Below, piece by piece: positions 38,169-51,917 of a DNA stretch of 64,000 nt (position 1 is the first letter of the stretch; the number at the start of each line of letters is the position of its first letter). This stretch comes from Bilabrum cf. latius (lineage: Eukaryota): assembly GCA_965178125.1 (NCBI GenBank), contig OZ237738.1, positions 1,550,001 to 1,614,000 on the forward strand, written 5' to 3'. Made by a program: the position numbers and the translations under genes. The notes beneath the pieces were generated by a model. The model ran no database searches. It saw only the letters and a program-made list of their open reading frames with translations, and was not told the DNA's origin.

Positions 38169-41100
38169 TTATTCCCACCGGGCGCCCCGCTTTTTCGCGT
38201 CCTTGATCGCGACTTTCATGGCCTGCTGGATCTTGGACGCAATGAGCGGAACCACTGCGTCCTGGAGGCCGTGTTTGTTGGCGAACACCTTGGCCTCCTG
38301 CCTTGGGTCTGTATCTGCATGCACCCGGAGCGACTCCTAGCCACCGCTCGGGAGTTTGATCTTCACGTTACACACCACTATCCGCTCTCGCGGGGATTGC
38401 GCCTCAGTTGCACCAGCAGCTAGTGCTGCCTCTTGCTGGCCCTCGCTCCCTGCTGCAGCTGTATCGTCCCCATCCTGCCCATCCTTGCCCTCGCTCCCTG
38501 CTGCAGCTGTATCGTCCCTATCCTGCCCATCCTTGTCCTCTGCGGCTGCAGCTACAGCAACACCATCCTATCCATCCTTGCCCTCGCTCCCTGCTGCAGC
38601 TGTATCGTCCCCATCCTGCCCATCCTTGCCCTTTGCGGCTGCAGCTACAGCAACACCATCCTGTCCATCCTTGCCCTCGCTCCCTGCTGCAGCTGCATCG
38701 TCCCCATCCTGCCTATCCTTGCCCTCTGCGGCTGCAGCTACAGCAACACCATCCTGTCCATCCTTGCCCTCGCTCCCTGCTGCAGCTGTATCGTCCCCAT
38801 CCTGCCCATCCTTGCCCTCTGCTGCTGCAGCTATATTGTCCCCATCCTGCCCATCCTTGCCCTCTGCGGCTGCAGCTACAGCAACACCATCCTGTCCATC
38901 CTTGCCCTCGCTCCCTGCTGCAGCTGTATCGTCCCCATCCTGCCCATCCTTGTCCTCTGCGGCTGCAGCTACGGCAACACCATCCTGTCCATCCTTGCCC
39001 TCGCTCCCTGCTGCAGCTGTATCGTCCCCATCCTGCCCATCCTTGTCCTCTGCGGCTGCAGCTACAGCAACACCATCCTGTCCATCCTTGCCCTCGCTCC
39101 CTGCTGCAGCTGCATCGTCCCCATCCTGTCCATCCTTGCCCTCGCTCCCTGCTGCAGCTGCATCGTCCCCATCCTTGCCTTCGACTGCTGAATCGCTCGA
39201 CCTCGTGGAACCACCTCCCAACCGTTCTCCACCAGGCTGTGACACGGGCGAAGACCTCCCCATGCCCTCCTCCACGGGAGACCAAGAGCGGGTAGGGGCC
39301 TCGTCTTCGTCGCCAGGCCCATTTACGCCTTGTCCATCCTTGAATCCAGCGGGCCCCACGTCGCCCTGGGTCCCCTAGCTTTGCAGGCTGGGTATGGACA
39401 TGCGGTGAGGCAGCCCGGCAGCATCCGCGGCGGACTGGGCGAGTGCTCCAGCATTCGTAGCAGGGCTCGCCTCGGGCAGAGAAGAGGCACTCGAGGTACC
39501 CGAGGGTTGTACGCGCCTTGCAACACCCATCGCCGGTCGTGGTCCTGGGGGTGGTGGCCTCGAGGGCGATTTCTGTGGGGACACCGAATGTCCGTTAGTC
39601 AGAGGCGCTACGTGTCCTTCTGCCAAGCTACCATCAATAAGTGGTCGATCCGGCAAGTCTGTGGGTGATCCTGGGGGCTCCTGCGGCCGCACAAGCGGGT
39701 GGTCTGGCCGCTGGAATGCACTGTCCAGTGCTGTACGAGGACTCTGTTCCTTCTTGTGCCGGTCGGTGCTCGCGGGATCCTGCGGACTCTAGGCTGCTCC
39801 TGCCTCTCTGCGTCCCTTGAGCGCGTGCACCAGCTTTTGTCCCTGTGGGCTTGCGAGCAGCTGACGCAGCTTGTCGTGGGGTGTCTGCAAGTCGTCCTGA
39901 TGTAGAGCTGGACGGAAAGTGCTGTCCTCAGGCAATTTGGCTTCCCCTTGTTCTTCTTCCTCATCCCTCTTGCCTTGTCCTCCATTTCCATTCCCAGCAC
40001 CATCTCCCTTCGGGCTATCCTACCATAGGGCCCCCTGCACGAATGCATGCACCTCTGTCTGGCTAACAGGGGGTAGTGGCACTGCTCGCCGCTGCTTGCC
40101 CACTGCGCCGTACGGAGACCCAGCGGCTCCCTACGGCCCACTACCATCCAGTTCAAGCTGCAGCTCCTCTGCAAGCTGCAACAGGTCGTTCTCGGAGGAT
40201 GACCCGGCTCCTGACGCCAACGAGGACGTGCCCAACCGAGATACACCACGATGCTTTGGCTGCTGGTCCAATCGCCTGGGTGCCTTGCGCCGCGGTTTGC
40301 CGCGTGGCTCATGGCCGCTGCCATTGCTGTTCGTTCTGGGCGCTTTCCCATTACCATTCCGATACAACTTACGGGCCGTTGCCTTCGCGTGTGCCTTGCT
40401 GTGGGGCCTCTTCGGCGCAGCTCGACTGGGGCTCGCGGGCGAGCCAGCCGAAGGCGCTTGCCGGCGCGCCGCTGGTGAGCCCCAGGCCGGCCTCTTTTCG
40501 AGCGGACTCGGCTTCTTCTTTCGGGTGAGTCCACGCTATGATGGGCCCTATTTGCGAGCGGTTGAGCTGTCGGCTGCCCTTTTTGTTGATGGAGAGCCCT
40601 TCGCTTTTCCTGCCCCTTTTCCTTTCGACTGCCGCGCACTGGCACCAGCAGGTTGCCCAGAACCCAGGACGGATCGCCACAGGGTGGGCACGCGCTTCAG
40701 CGACCCATCATCAGCTCGGTCTTTGTCTCTGCTCTGTGACCTGCGCGTGTCACGTGGGGCAGATGTGGCCCGGCTCCCTGCCTGATGGCCCGCCACAGTG
40801 CTTGCGAGCATGGCGTCTGCTTCGCGCCGCATCGCTGCTCTGGCTCGCTTCTTCTCGTTCGCCGAATGGGGTGCCCGGTGCCCTGCCAGTTCGCTTCTAG
40901 ATGCAGGCCTGGCTCTTGCTGACGTTGATCGGTGACTATGCCCATGGCTGCGACCTTGCCTGTGCCTTTTACCACTGGCTCGGGCCCTTCGTCCAGACGG
41001 TCGCGACCTGCCAACACCACTGGCAGCCTACGAAGCCGGTTCTGCAGTGGCGTTGCGGGAGGACTTTGAGGCGACAGCCTTATCGGCCTCGCGCTGGCCG

Positions 41101-44100
41101 TCCGTCCCAAGTAGGGCCGAAGCAAAAAACAGATTCCCGTCCCCTTCCATGGCGATGGTCGCGTGGTCGAGGTGTGCGCTACCCAGGGACGCGATCGACG
41201 GCGCAACGTCTTCCGGGCTGCCTCTGCGGCCGGGCTTTTGATCATCTTTTGCATCCTGTCCCGGTGCTGCTTCAAGCCCTGCCTGTCCCGGTGCTGCTGT
41301 TCTCTGATCTCGACTCCCACCAGACGAAGCCAGGTCCTCCAGCCGAGGCCGAGCAGGGGGGCTTCCCATCCTGTCTAGGCCCCACCCCAATCGGGGTGAG
41401 CCCTGGGGAGCCACCGATGACGTGGGTGTCTCGAGTCGCATGGAAGTGGTGCGCAGCCTGGCTCTAGCCTCAGCCATCGTGCGCTCAGCTGCTTCAATCT
41501 CGGCAGATGAAATCGGCTTGCGGGGGCTTTTTGTGTCAGGGCTACTGGGGCTGAGTGGCTCCGTTTGAAGCCTGCCCCTCTGGCTGGAAGGGCTCCCCGT
41601 CGGGCTACCGGTTGCAGCCATGAGGGCCCGCCGGAGAGAGACCTGGGCCTCGTGCAGGCGATACGCCAGCGCTGCGTCCCCGCCTGCAGCCCGCACAAGA
41701 GCGGGGTCCATGTCCGGAAATGCTGAGGCCACGTCAGTCAGCGGAGTCAGCGGGGACCCAGCTGACATGTGGCCGACGCGCAGCGGGGCAGGTGGCTGGG
41801 CGCGGTCTGCCAGAGACTCGTGCGTGTCGTCCTTCTTGGAGCTCTACCTTCCTAGTTCGGAGACATGGTTGTCTTCACCGGATCGGTAAGCTCTCGTTGT
41901 ATCGCGCCGACCTACGGCCTTTCCGGCGTCTGCGTGTACGCCTTCAGCGCCGTCAGTTGCAGGCTACGACGAGCTGCCGTCCTCTGCCGGATCACGATCG
42001 CTGGTATGGCCAGTTGACATGTCGTCTTGTCGAGCGGGGGGTGTCTTCGAGGTGCTTACCTCCTCCTTCTGCTTGCTGTCCCTGTCCTGTCCGCCTCCCC
42101 CTTCGCTCTCCTTCGCACTGTTTGATTCCTTGCGCAGAGCCCCGGCCTCGCGCTCCTCATCGGAGGAATCCACATCGATGTCGAACGATTCCGACTGCTG
42201 CGTGACCCGCTCATGGCCTACTTCTTCACCTAGATCATCGTCTGCAGAAGGCTTGCTCTGCTTCGGCACCGCCTCTTGTGCCCCGCTGGGCCCCAGATCC
42301 ACTCCGCCTCGACGAGCGGTACGTCGAGCGGCCAGAAGGACCTGTGCGGATTCAAGGGTGCTCGCGACGGCATCCAGCGGTGCCGCAGCTGTGCCACCCC
42401 CAGGCCTTTCCCCAGCGGCGACATCTCTCCACTCAACTAGGTGCTGCACCAGCTTAACTCGGCTTGGGGTGTCCAGCGGAGTGTCCTGATCGGACCGGCT
42501 CGCAGGGGCAAGTGCAAGATGGGCCGCCCTGGCAGCAGACACGATTTTATCCCTCTGTCCGTGATCAAGCTGAGACCCAGCGACTGCCCCCAACGCGGGC
42601 TCATCCTCTACTTGGTCCACCCACTTCCTGAGGGCAAGGACCCTCCCAGCCCAGTCATCGGGGAGGGGCGAATTGGGGCGGCGATAAGCCACGTGCTGGA
42701 TGTCCTCTTCTTTAGAAGCCGGCCACGGCCTCTCCTCCAACGATGACTTGTCTGAGTCCCTGCTCTGCACGGACGCCACATCGATGTCCATGTCGCTGTC
42801 GTGGTAACTCGACCTATGCCCGGTACTGCGCTTGTCACCCGCAACACCCTTGTCTTGCTACCTAGCTTGCTTCGTCTCTGTATTCGTTTCTCGGTTCCCG
42901 GACAACCCCTGGATGGGAGACTGCAATTGCTGCAGGGCCCGCAAAGCTTCTTGCATCGAGGAACGCAATCGAGCGCGATCCGGGTCGGGTTCTTCCTGGT
43001 CCCCTTTCAATGCCTGCTCGGACTCAGGAGCAGCTGTGGCAGGACTCGCTGGACTGCGTGCATCTGAGCTCCAGGGCGCAGGTGTTGCTGCAGCAGCTTG
43101 GCCAGCCTCGCCATGGGGCTGGCCACCCGGCAATGCCGCTGTTTGATCTGCGACTCCCTCCAATTCCTGCCTGCGCGCCCGAAGCATCTCCAGCGCTTTC
43201 TCAGCCGCGTCGATGCCCTAGAGCACCTCGGTGGAGGCCTGTCCTGCTGCCTTGGAGTCCAACCCACGCGGCTTGAGGCCAAGCCCATGCACGCCTGTCG
43301 GAGCCTTAGTGCGACCGATGCCGGCCAAAGGCGACATGAAATTGCGAGACGGCATGCGCTTCATGCCGCTTGCGATGCCACCACTAGCGGGCACTTGCTG
43401 CGGGCCCAGTAGTGGAGACCGAGTGGGCGAGAGGGCAGCCGCCACGCGCGCCTACTCGGGTGACTTGCTGGCGATCAGCTGTGCCTTGGCTTGCAGAGCA
43501 GCCAGGGCTGCACTCCCATCGTCCTCGTCGTCATCGCCCCCATCTCCCCCGTCTGAGCCAAGAGAGGCAATGGAGCTGTCCTAGGAGTCAAGCCTGCTCT
43601 TGCGTAACGAGCGGGCCTAGTGCCGACCGTCAGCAGCGGTCCCTCCTCGATGTGAATTCGATTTCGGCCGAGTATCGAGCCGTGCACCCGCTGTCTCCTC
43701 GTCATCTGAGTCTTGCATCAAGCGGTCCAACACGGAAGTGCTGCTGCCTGGCCGTGTTGCCCTTGGGCTGCCCGCCACCGAGATGCCAGCAGCCCCATAC
43801 GAGCGGAGGATGCCTCGCGGAGGGCGCCCTCCAGCTGCTCTGAAGCCCTGGCTCCGGGGGGCCTTCCCCACACTCCACTCGCCTTCCTCGCTGCTGGCAT
43901 CGCCCTGGTCTGCCCCGCCCTCACTGGGCCCCAATCCTGCGAAGGTCACGCTGCTTCGCCCTCTGCCCCTGCGGTTGCCTCTGCCCTCGCTTGTTGTTCC
44001 TTGTGTCCCTTTAGATGAGGGCGACTACCCTCCCACGCCAAGATCGTCCTCTTCTTCTACCTCCCGCAACGATGCATCGTCATCGTCGCTGCTGTCGCCA

Positions 44101-45785
44101 GACCAACCGGCAGACACGGTTCCCCCGCTGCCACCATCCTCGGCATCCCCGCTGGCCTCCCTGCCTGCCTCCTGGAGGGCAGCGCGGAATGCCTCTGGCC
44201 TCCCCACTGGGCCGACCCCGTCCCTCCACGGGTGCTTCTGACCGAGCCAGTGCAGGGGCTTGGCCTCCTCGATGTCTTTGATCGAGGCCCCCGGGGAGAG
44301 CGCCCCCCCGAGGGGAGATCCCGTGCCAGATGGTCCCACCGCGAAGGACTTGGCTCGGCCCAGCACACGTTTGCGAGCGCCCCCGGAGGCCCTATTCTTG
44401 CTTAATGCTTTTCGCTTGCTAGCTTTGGAACTGGATTCTTTGCCTGTTCCTTCATTGGAGCTTCGCCGCTTGCTGCCCTTGCCCTTCGCCTTGACCTTGC
44501 TGGATTTTCTGACATCAGCTCCTCTCTAGCGATTCGGAGGTGGAGGGGGTTTTCGCGAGCTGTCATTCACTCGTGATCCTTTTCCCCTTTTCTTGCTTCC
44601 TCCATGTCCGCTGGGCAGCATCGTCCCTCGTCTGGACTTGCCTCCCTTGCCACCAGCACGACCACTGCTGGACCACTTGCTCCGCCCCGTGACACCGTGA
44701 TCCACCATGGACCCATCGCTATCCTCATTTTTATCGCCACCAGCATCGTTTCCATCGTCACCCCCGTCGCTCTCCGGCCCTGACGCCCCGCTGCCATCCT
44801 CATTCCCATCCTCCTCCACAGCCTGGTCTCTGTCCAAGTCGTCCTCCTCGTCCTGCTACTCGGGCAGACCCAGCGCCCTCCTCCTCTTGGCCTCCCGCAG
44901 CCGCTTGGCGTCCTCCTCCAGGCTGCTTACTGCCTGCTGGGCGGCGGCTTTGACCCGCAGTGCAGTGCCCCTGCGCTTGGACGAGGACCTGAAGGGGCCA
45001 GCCACGCCTCCCAGAGCAGAGGTGCGGCCCAGGCCCAGCTCCCCGATGGGAGCGGCGGTGCTAGGGGGGGTAACTCCAGAGTAGGTGGAGTGGCGCTTGC
45101 TTCCCCGCTGCGCCATGGACCGCTGCAGCTGCTCCTCGCTAAGCTCGCCTTCCTCCCCACTGGCACTGGCACTGGCACTGGCACCCACATGGAACCGCTG
45201 CTCGCCCACCATACCGTGCCGACGGGCGCGGCCGGCGGGGGCTGCGGGTGCCCTGCGCGGCACCCGAGCTCCGCTTGAACCGACAGCACGTCGTAGCCGA
45301 GGTGCAGACTGCGATGCACTGCCGCCAACACGGGCAGACAGGTGAGGAGGGAGCGTCGGTGGCCGTCGACCACCCACCCGAACGCTTGGCGGTCCAGAAC
45401 CAGGCCCCGGGGGCGACGGCGGTTCATCCGGGGCTTCAAGATCGCTAGTTGGCTCACTCAGCTCGTCAGATTCAAGCTCCGGAGAGGATAGCGGCGGTTC
45501 GGAACCGAATTCGTCCGGCTCAGATGCTGGTGCGTCCTCTTCCGGAGGAGGAGGAGGCAGACTACCATCTGAATCGGAATCATCGGAGCTATACTAACTA
45601 GATGCATCCATTGGGTCATTTGGCAATGACTCTGGGATGCTGATGTCGTCTGGAACGCCTTCTCCAGGCTCGCTCCTTAAATGGTCCCCATCTTCGGATG
45701 GAGGCGACGGTGGCATCACATTTGAGTACGTACTAGGTTCCCGCGCATGCGGATCTTCGGGGAGGTCCATCTCCTCACCCTGCAT
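38169..45785 (-). CDS. Hypothetical ~2540 aa low-complexity protein with tandem repeats and a small globular C-terminal domain
   Basis: Thirteen listed ORFs are in one frame; the gaps contain TAG but no TAA/TGA from ATG 45785 to TAA 38169-38171. C-terminus VCNVKIKLPSGG*ESLRVHADTDPRQEAKVFANKHGL. Confidence 0.75.
38430..39185 (-). repeat. Coding minisatellite of alternating ~48 and ~45 nt units
   Basis: Encodes KDGQDGDDTAAAGSEG / KDGQDGVAVAAAAEG repeats. Confidence 0.92.
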
Positions 45786-45951
45786 GCCAGCTAATCCGAT
45801 CACCAAACGGCAAGTGTGGAGTGTGGTCGCTCGTCGACTCGCTTCTGTTCGCACCGAACCCCCAAATGGCGCCGCGCGTGATCAGCGGAACCAATGCGCT
45901 GGTGCGCCAAGGTCCTGCGCATCCTAGCTAGACGTAGCATAGTATCATAGC

Positions 45952-47677
45952 ATGCTGCGATCGGCCCGCCGAGTTCTTGCAACTGGTACCGCTGGCACGT
46001 TGGGTGCGCTAAGCTCGGCTGGATTTGCTCGGGTGGCCCTGATGACCAGATTGCCAGCTGCCGGTGTTGGTCTGTTCGCCAAGCGTGACGTACACTCGTC
46101 TGTTTCATCTGGTGGTGATATCCGAGTGGAAAAAGACACGATGGGGGAGTTGCAGGTCCCCGCTGATAGGCTTTGGGGCGCGCAAACCCAGCGATCTTTG
46201 ATGAACTTCAAGATTGGTGATGCCCCGGACCGCATGCCCGTTGAGGTGATTCGCGGTGAGAGGATTGGGCTCTAAGTATTATGCGTCATCATTTTTATTA
46301 GCTTGTTTGGTCGTGCGACCCCATTCGATCGAGCACTCGCGTGCTATGCGCCGTCGTGGCACAAGCAAAGATTTACCGAAGGACCGCCGAATGGTAGCGT
46401 TCCGCGACCTCGCAGGGTTTGGCGTCTTGAAGAAGTCGGCTGCCATCGTGAATATGAGGTACGGCCGCCTGGAAGGCGAGGTGGGCGAGGCCATCGTGAA
46501 GGCCTGCGACGAGGTAATCGAGGGCAAGCTGGACGACCACTTCCCTCTGGTGACCTTCCAGACCGGGTCGGGCACCCAGTCCAACATGAACTCCAACGAG
46601 GTCATCGCTAACCGTGCGATCCAGATGCTGGGTGGAGAGCTGGGCAGCAAGAGCCCCGTGCATCCGAACGACCACGTCAACATGGGCATGAGCTCCAACG
46701 ACTCGTACCCCACGGCCATGCACATCGCCGCCGCCCTAGAGGTCACGCACAGGACACTCCCCGGCCTCAAGTAGCTGCACGCGAGCCTCAAGGCCAAGGC
46801 CGACGAGTGGAAGGACATCATCAAGATCGGCCGCACGCACACCCAGGACGCGACCCCCCTCACGCTGGGCCAGGAGTTCGGCGGGTACGTGCAGCAGCTC
46901 GAGTACTCGATCGCGAGGATCGAGGCAGCCATGCCCCGCATGCTGCTGCTGGCACAGGGAGGCACGGCCGTGGGCACTGGCCTCAACAGCGTGGAGGGAT
47001 TCGACGTTGACATCGCCTCGCAGATCGCCAAGGAGACGGGCCTGGCCTTCGAGACGGCCCCCAACAAGTTCGAGGCACTGGCCGCTCACGACTCATTCGT
47101 GGAGATGAGCGGCGCCCTCAACACCGTGGCGGCCTCGCTGATGAAGATCGCCAACGACATCCGGTTCCTGGGAAGCGGGCCGCGCTGCGGGCTGGGCGAG
47201 CTGTCTCTGCCTGAGAATGAGCCCGGGTCCAGCATCATGCCGGGCAAGGTGAACCCCACGCAGTGCGAGGCCATGACCATGGTGTGCGCGCAGGTCATGG
47301 GCAACAACGTGGCCATCACGGTAAGCGGTTCCAACGGGCACTTTGAGCTGAACGTGTTCAAGCCCGTCATGGCGTACAACCTGCTGCAGTCCGCCAGGCT
47401 GATCGGAGACTCGTGCGTGTCCTTCGCCGAGCGCTGCGTGGACGGGATCGAGCCCAACAAGGAGCGGATCGACGCGCTCCTCAACGAGAGCCTCATGCTC
47501 GTGACCGCACTCAACCCGTACATCGGGTACGACAAGGCCGCGGCCGCCGCCAAGAAAGCCCACAAGGAGGGCACCACGCTCAAGGAGGCGGCCCTGTCGC
47601 TGGAGTACCTCACGGAGGCAGAGTTTGACGAGTGGGTCAGGCCCGAGAAGATGATCGGGCCCTCCAAGCGGGAGTGA
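45952..47677 (+). CDS. FUM1: Class II fumarate hydratase, mitochondrial; intron 46256-46415; in-frame TAG at 46772
   Basis: Presequence-like N-terminus, [53 protein letters not shown]. Ends at TGA. Confidence 0.97.
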
Positions 47678-47811
47678 ACGAGGAGGTGCCTTCGGGGCGG
47701 ATACGGATGCTCTGGGCGCTGGGTCATTGAACAGGATGTGCCTGCAGATTCATGCATGCTGAAAGGGCATCCACATTCCGATCGGTAGTCTGCTATGCCA
47801 TGCCATTCATA

Positions 47812-48918
47812 TCAGGTGCCTGCTCCCGAGGCTGAGTGTTCCTTGCCTGCGCTTGCGCCTGCCTATGCTGCTGCTGCTGCTGCTTCCTCCGCCGATCCCG
47901 TCGCCTCGCCCGCCCCCTCTGCATTGCTTTCCAGCAGGGACACCACATCCCCTAGGCAATCGCACACGAAGCTAGGCATCTCCCCCCTCGCCCCGTCGCC
48001 CTCTCTCCCGGGTGTACCTGCCTTGGCCCTGAGCCCCTCCACCTCGGCCTGGGTCGAGATGCCAGTCAGCACAAGCAGGGACTGCATCCCCAGGTCCCTC
48101 GCCTGGTTGCCGAACAGAATGTCCGTGTTCAGCCGATCTCCCACCATCAGGGCAGTCGCCGGATCCACCCCCGCGTGTTCCTTGAGCAGCCCCAGCAGCG
48201 CGGGGGAGGGCTTCCCGGCGACTGCCTCGGGGGGGCGCCCTGCACCTGCCGCCACCGCCGCCAGCACCGCACCTGCGCCCGGCAGCAGCGTGTCCTTGGC
48301 CGGGAACGTGGAATCTCCGTTGGTCGCAAAGAACCTGACGCCCGGTTTGCGAGCCAACGCAGAGGCCCTCGCGATCTTGGCGTACGACGCCTGCGTGTCC
48401 AGGCCAACCACCACGGCCTTGACGTCGCCCAGTGCATCCAGAGAGTCCGCCGTGAACTCGTCCATGTTGAACGGCGCAAGGGAATCTGTTTGGCCTATCG
48501 TTTCGAAGCCTTCGGCTTTCAGCTCTTCGTGCAGGCCCTCCTCACCTACCACATACACCAGCGAGCCTGGAGATACGCCTTTCGACTGAAGGAGTTTGGC
48601 CGCCGCGAACGCGCTACCGAATATGGCAGTTTCCGCCACGTCGATACCAAGAACATCCTTCACTTTGTGGACGTACGCAGATCGCGACTTTGTCGAATTG
48701 TTTGTCAGAAGAACTACCTGCTTGCCAGCCCTCTGCAGCTTGAGGATAGCCTCTGCCGATCCCGGAATGGGCGTTTTTCCGCGCCACAGGACGCCATCAC
48801 AGTCGAGAAGTATTGATTTACGTGAATGCAAGCATTTTGATAAAGCCGCTTTACCTTTTGATGTTCCCGTGCGGCTGCCGGCCGGAACTCCTAGCTCGAG
48901 CGAGGCAATAGCGGCCAT
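47812..48918 (-). CDS. PGP: HAD-IIA phosphatase (phosphoglycolate/4-nitrophenyl phosphatase family)
   Basis: LLDCDGVLW, LTNNSTKSR, ATNGD, PGAG, GKPS, MVGDRLNTDILFG, LVLTG. Read-through of TAG 47863 extends the frame to TGA 47812. Confidence 0.9.
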
Positions 48919-49111
48919 TTTTCTACTTAAAAGACAATTTGAAATCCGCAACGTACTCCACGCAATCGAATTGACTCGATTCTACCGAAAGACCGCGTGA
49001 TACATCCAAATCTGGTCGCCCCGAGCTGCCAACAGCGAAAATAGCGAATGATCCGGAGTAGCACTAAACGCTCTTGCCGAAGGCACAGGTAGAAAGTCGC
49101 GGGCGGGAAGC

Positions 49112-49387
49112 ATGATGGATGTAGTCCGTAGCGCTACATTTTTCTTGCCTGATGGCCTTGACGCCGCAATCTACGTGATTGTATTTGCTTTGATGGTGCG
49201 AACCAAGCTTTGTAGCGGGCGATCCATCCCGTGCAATGAGCCCAGCCAACTATGCCCCCCCCGACCTTTTTCCTTTGCCCCATTGCAGGTATTTCATGCA
49301 TTAGCTTTGGTGGTATGGGTCGTTTTGGCGGTACGCGAGGGAATGCAGCCTCCGAAGATCCGCAAGCCTGCTAGGTTCCAGCGATGA
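49112..49387 (+). CDS. Small (~60 aa) membrane protein; probable 93-nt intron 49196-49288
   Basis: GT...polypyrimidine-TGCAG intron joins IYVIVFALM to VFHALALVVWVVLAV; basic C-terminal tail; ends at TGA. Confidence 0.5.
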   Translation: MMDVVRSATFFLPDGLDAAIYVIVFALMVRTKLCSGRSIPCNEPSQLCPPRPFSFAPLQVFHALALVVWVVLAVREGMQPPKIRKPARFQR

Positions 49388-49509
49388 CAGCTCCTAAAAG
49401 TGTTAATGGACAAACTATTCCAGGAGTCTTATTCATGACAGGAGTCTTCTAAATGATACCATGAGAAATTTACACAACAGAACGCCCCCAAGCAGGCCAA
49501 GCGTGCAGC

Positions 49510-51797
49510 TCACCCGATCAGCTGGCGGCTCGAATCCGACACGGTTGTACCGGCGGCACTGTCGATCCGTTCGAGCGCCTCCGGCCGCAATTCCCTCTGG
49601 CTTAGCACGTTACGAGAGGACGTCGCCCTGGACTGATGCCTAAGCTTGCTGATTCGCTCCCATTCCGCCCCTCCCACCGCCGCCTCCACGACCCTCTCCT
49701 CCGTGGGCCCGATCGCGACTGCCTTGGAGGCCGCATGTGCCATGGCATGCGCCACCGACGTGATAGCCACTGGCTTAAACCGGAGACACATGGCCAGGGC
49801 AGCGCTCACCGCTAGTCCTTCCCCCAGCAGGCTGTTGGTCCAGTCCTGCCGCCACGACAGCTGCGTCAGCTGCACGATGAAGAACACGGTGGGCGCCAGC
49901 AAGAAGGCGAGCACGGCGGATCGCAGCCATGCATACCCGTACACGCTCTCCATGTACAGGGCCGCCTCGTCTGCCCACTGGGGATAGTCTCCCAGCACCC
50001 CCCGCAGGGTGGTCACGGAGAAATTGATGGTCACCAGCACGCCCAGCATCGTCAGGCTCTGAACCACGTACACGCCCAGGCTGAGCCCAACGCAGGAAGA
50101 AGCCAGCGGGTCGCAGCTCAGCGTGGCAGCGGCAATAGAGAAGTGCAGTATGGCCGCAATGAGCACGCCCAGCCACGTGCGCCACTATAGGTCAACGGAT
50201 ATGATGCGCCAGCCCAACCCCAGCAGCAGCATGGCCACCATCATGACCGTGTCGCCCAGCCGCCACACCAGCACGGCCACGGTGCGCCTCCATCCCTTGG
50301 CCTCACCCGTCTCGCCCCAGTGCTCGAATTGCCCCGCTCGCAGCCCGGCGCCCACGCCCCGCAGCAGTACTGCCATCAGGATCACCACATGCATTCGTGT
50401 GATGAGTGCACCCACCACGGGCAGCGCCTGAGGCCCCTCCCCCTCCCCTTCCCCATCCGCCTGCTGCTCCTGCTGCCCTCCCTACCCCTAGTCCTAGCCC
50501 TAGCTGCTTCCCCCTTCGCCCGACTCTCCCTACCCTTCAGAACCCTACGTGCCCTCCCCTGCCCCGCTAGCCGGGCCGGACCCACCCGAAGCGAGCCCGT
50601 CCGACTCGGCAAGTATCACCCGCCCCTGCCTGCTCTCGGCCAATGGCCTCCTGTCTATGCTACCGCCGCCACTGCCGCCCTCTCCCTCCCCCTCCCCCTC
50701 TCCCTCGCCACCAGCCTCTTCCCCTCCCCCCTGTAAATACCTCCTGGCTACCTTGGCTCGGATCTCCATGGCCTCCATCTGCAGATGGGCAGCCACACCC
50801 ATGCGCCAGTAGCGGTGCACTATGCGCCCCACGTCCAGCCAGCCGCCGGGCCCCAGCAGCAGCCACACCCCGTAGCACGCGCCCAGCACGAGCAGCACAG
50901 CAGAGGACAGCCCATACACGAGCGGCAAAGGAGTCATCTAGAGAGGAAGCCGCCGATGCCGGTCTCCCCACCACCCCCCAGAGGGCCTCTCTACGAGGAT
51001 GCTGCCCCACACCCTGGCACTCTCCTCGTCCGGCGACGGCCGAGACTAGCGAGACAGGCCCCCGCCAGCGAGCGTACTGCGAGGGTCTGGGAGCGGTGTC
51101 GAGCTGGGAGACGGCTGTTCGGACCCGCCGGGCGAAACATTATTGTCCAAAGTGGTCCGATCTTGCCCGGTTGCGTTCTGGCTGCCTGGTGGCAGATAGG
51201 TCCAGTTGAACGGCGGCAGCACGTCCTGGGAGGTCGAGGCCTCCACGCCGCCACAAATAACCACAGAAATAGAAAGTCTATGCTCCTACGGTACGAGCAC
51301 GCTGAATTCGCGCAAGCTCTCTTGGCCTTGCAAACGCTGTGAGGACCGATGGCGTGGAATTGGCGCAACGTTGGGCAGTGATATGCATGCCAAGGGGGCG
51401 GCCAAAGGGGGCTAGAACGACGCCAGTCGCCTTACCAATAATGTTGGAGCTCTACACAGGTATTCTGTGGAAGCTGTTCTAAGAAAGACCTCCTGTAGCA
51501 GATCGAACCACGCAAGAGCAGGGTGTGCGACCAAGGCCACGTTCGCGTCCGGCGGCTGCGGGGCGGGATTGCATGAGAAGTTTGCAGGTAGAATGTGTGT
51601 GCATGCACACTATGATAAGCACCTGCAGCGCTAATCTTCCTTACATCCACTGATATTCTGCCCGAAATAGTCGTTGTCCGCTCTACCCCAAAACTCGACG
51701 CAATCGTAGCATACCCATATCCGCTTCCCCTGACATCAACGTCAATCTGACTATTACAAAGTTGTATCAATAAAAGGAGGTAAACGCTTCCCCGCAT
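49510..51797 (-). CDS. GOST-family seven-TM protein (GPR107/GPR180/TMEM87-like); 5' introns unresolved
   Basis: Signal peptide MRGSVYLLLLIQL, then PLPLVYGL, ITRMHVVILMAVLLR, LLLGLGWRII and further TM segments joined across TAGs. Confidence 0.6.
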
Positions 51798-51917
51798 TTC
51801 CGTTTTTTCGTGGTTCTGAAAAGTCCATGAAGCTTGCAATATCGAACGTTCGAAATCCGGTTTGAATCCTGAAGTAGCGTTGCATTGGAGGAAACAGTTC
51901 ACAAACTGGGTAATAGG

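Noticed and set aside
15940-48918. Functional nutrient-scavenging cluster (sulfatase, PstS-like proteins, phosphatase)
   Set aside because: Interspersed with unrelated housekeeping genes; adjacency alone is not evidence in a eukaryote.
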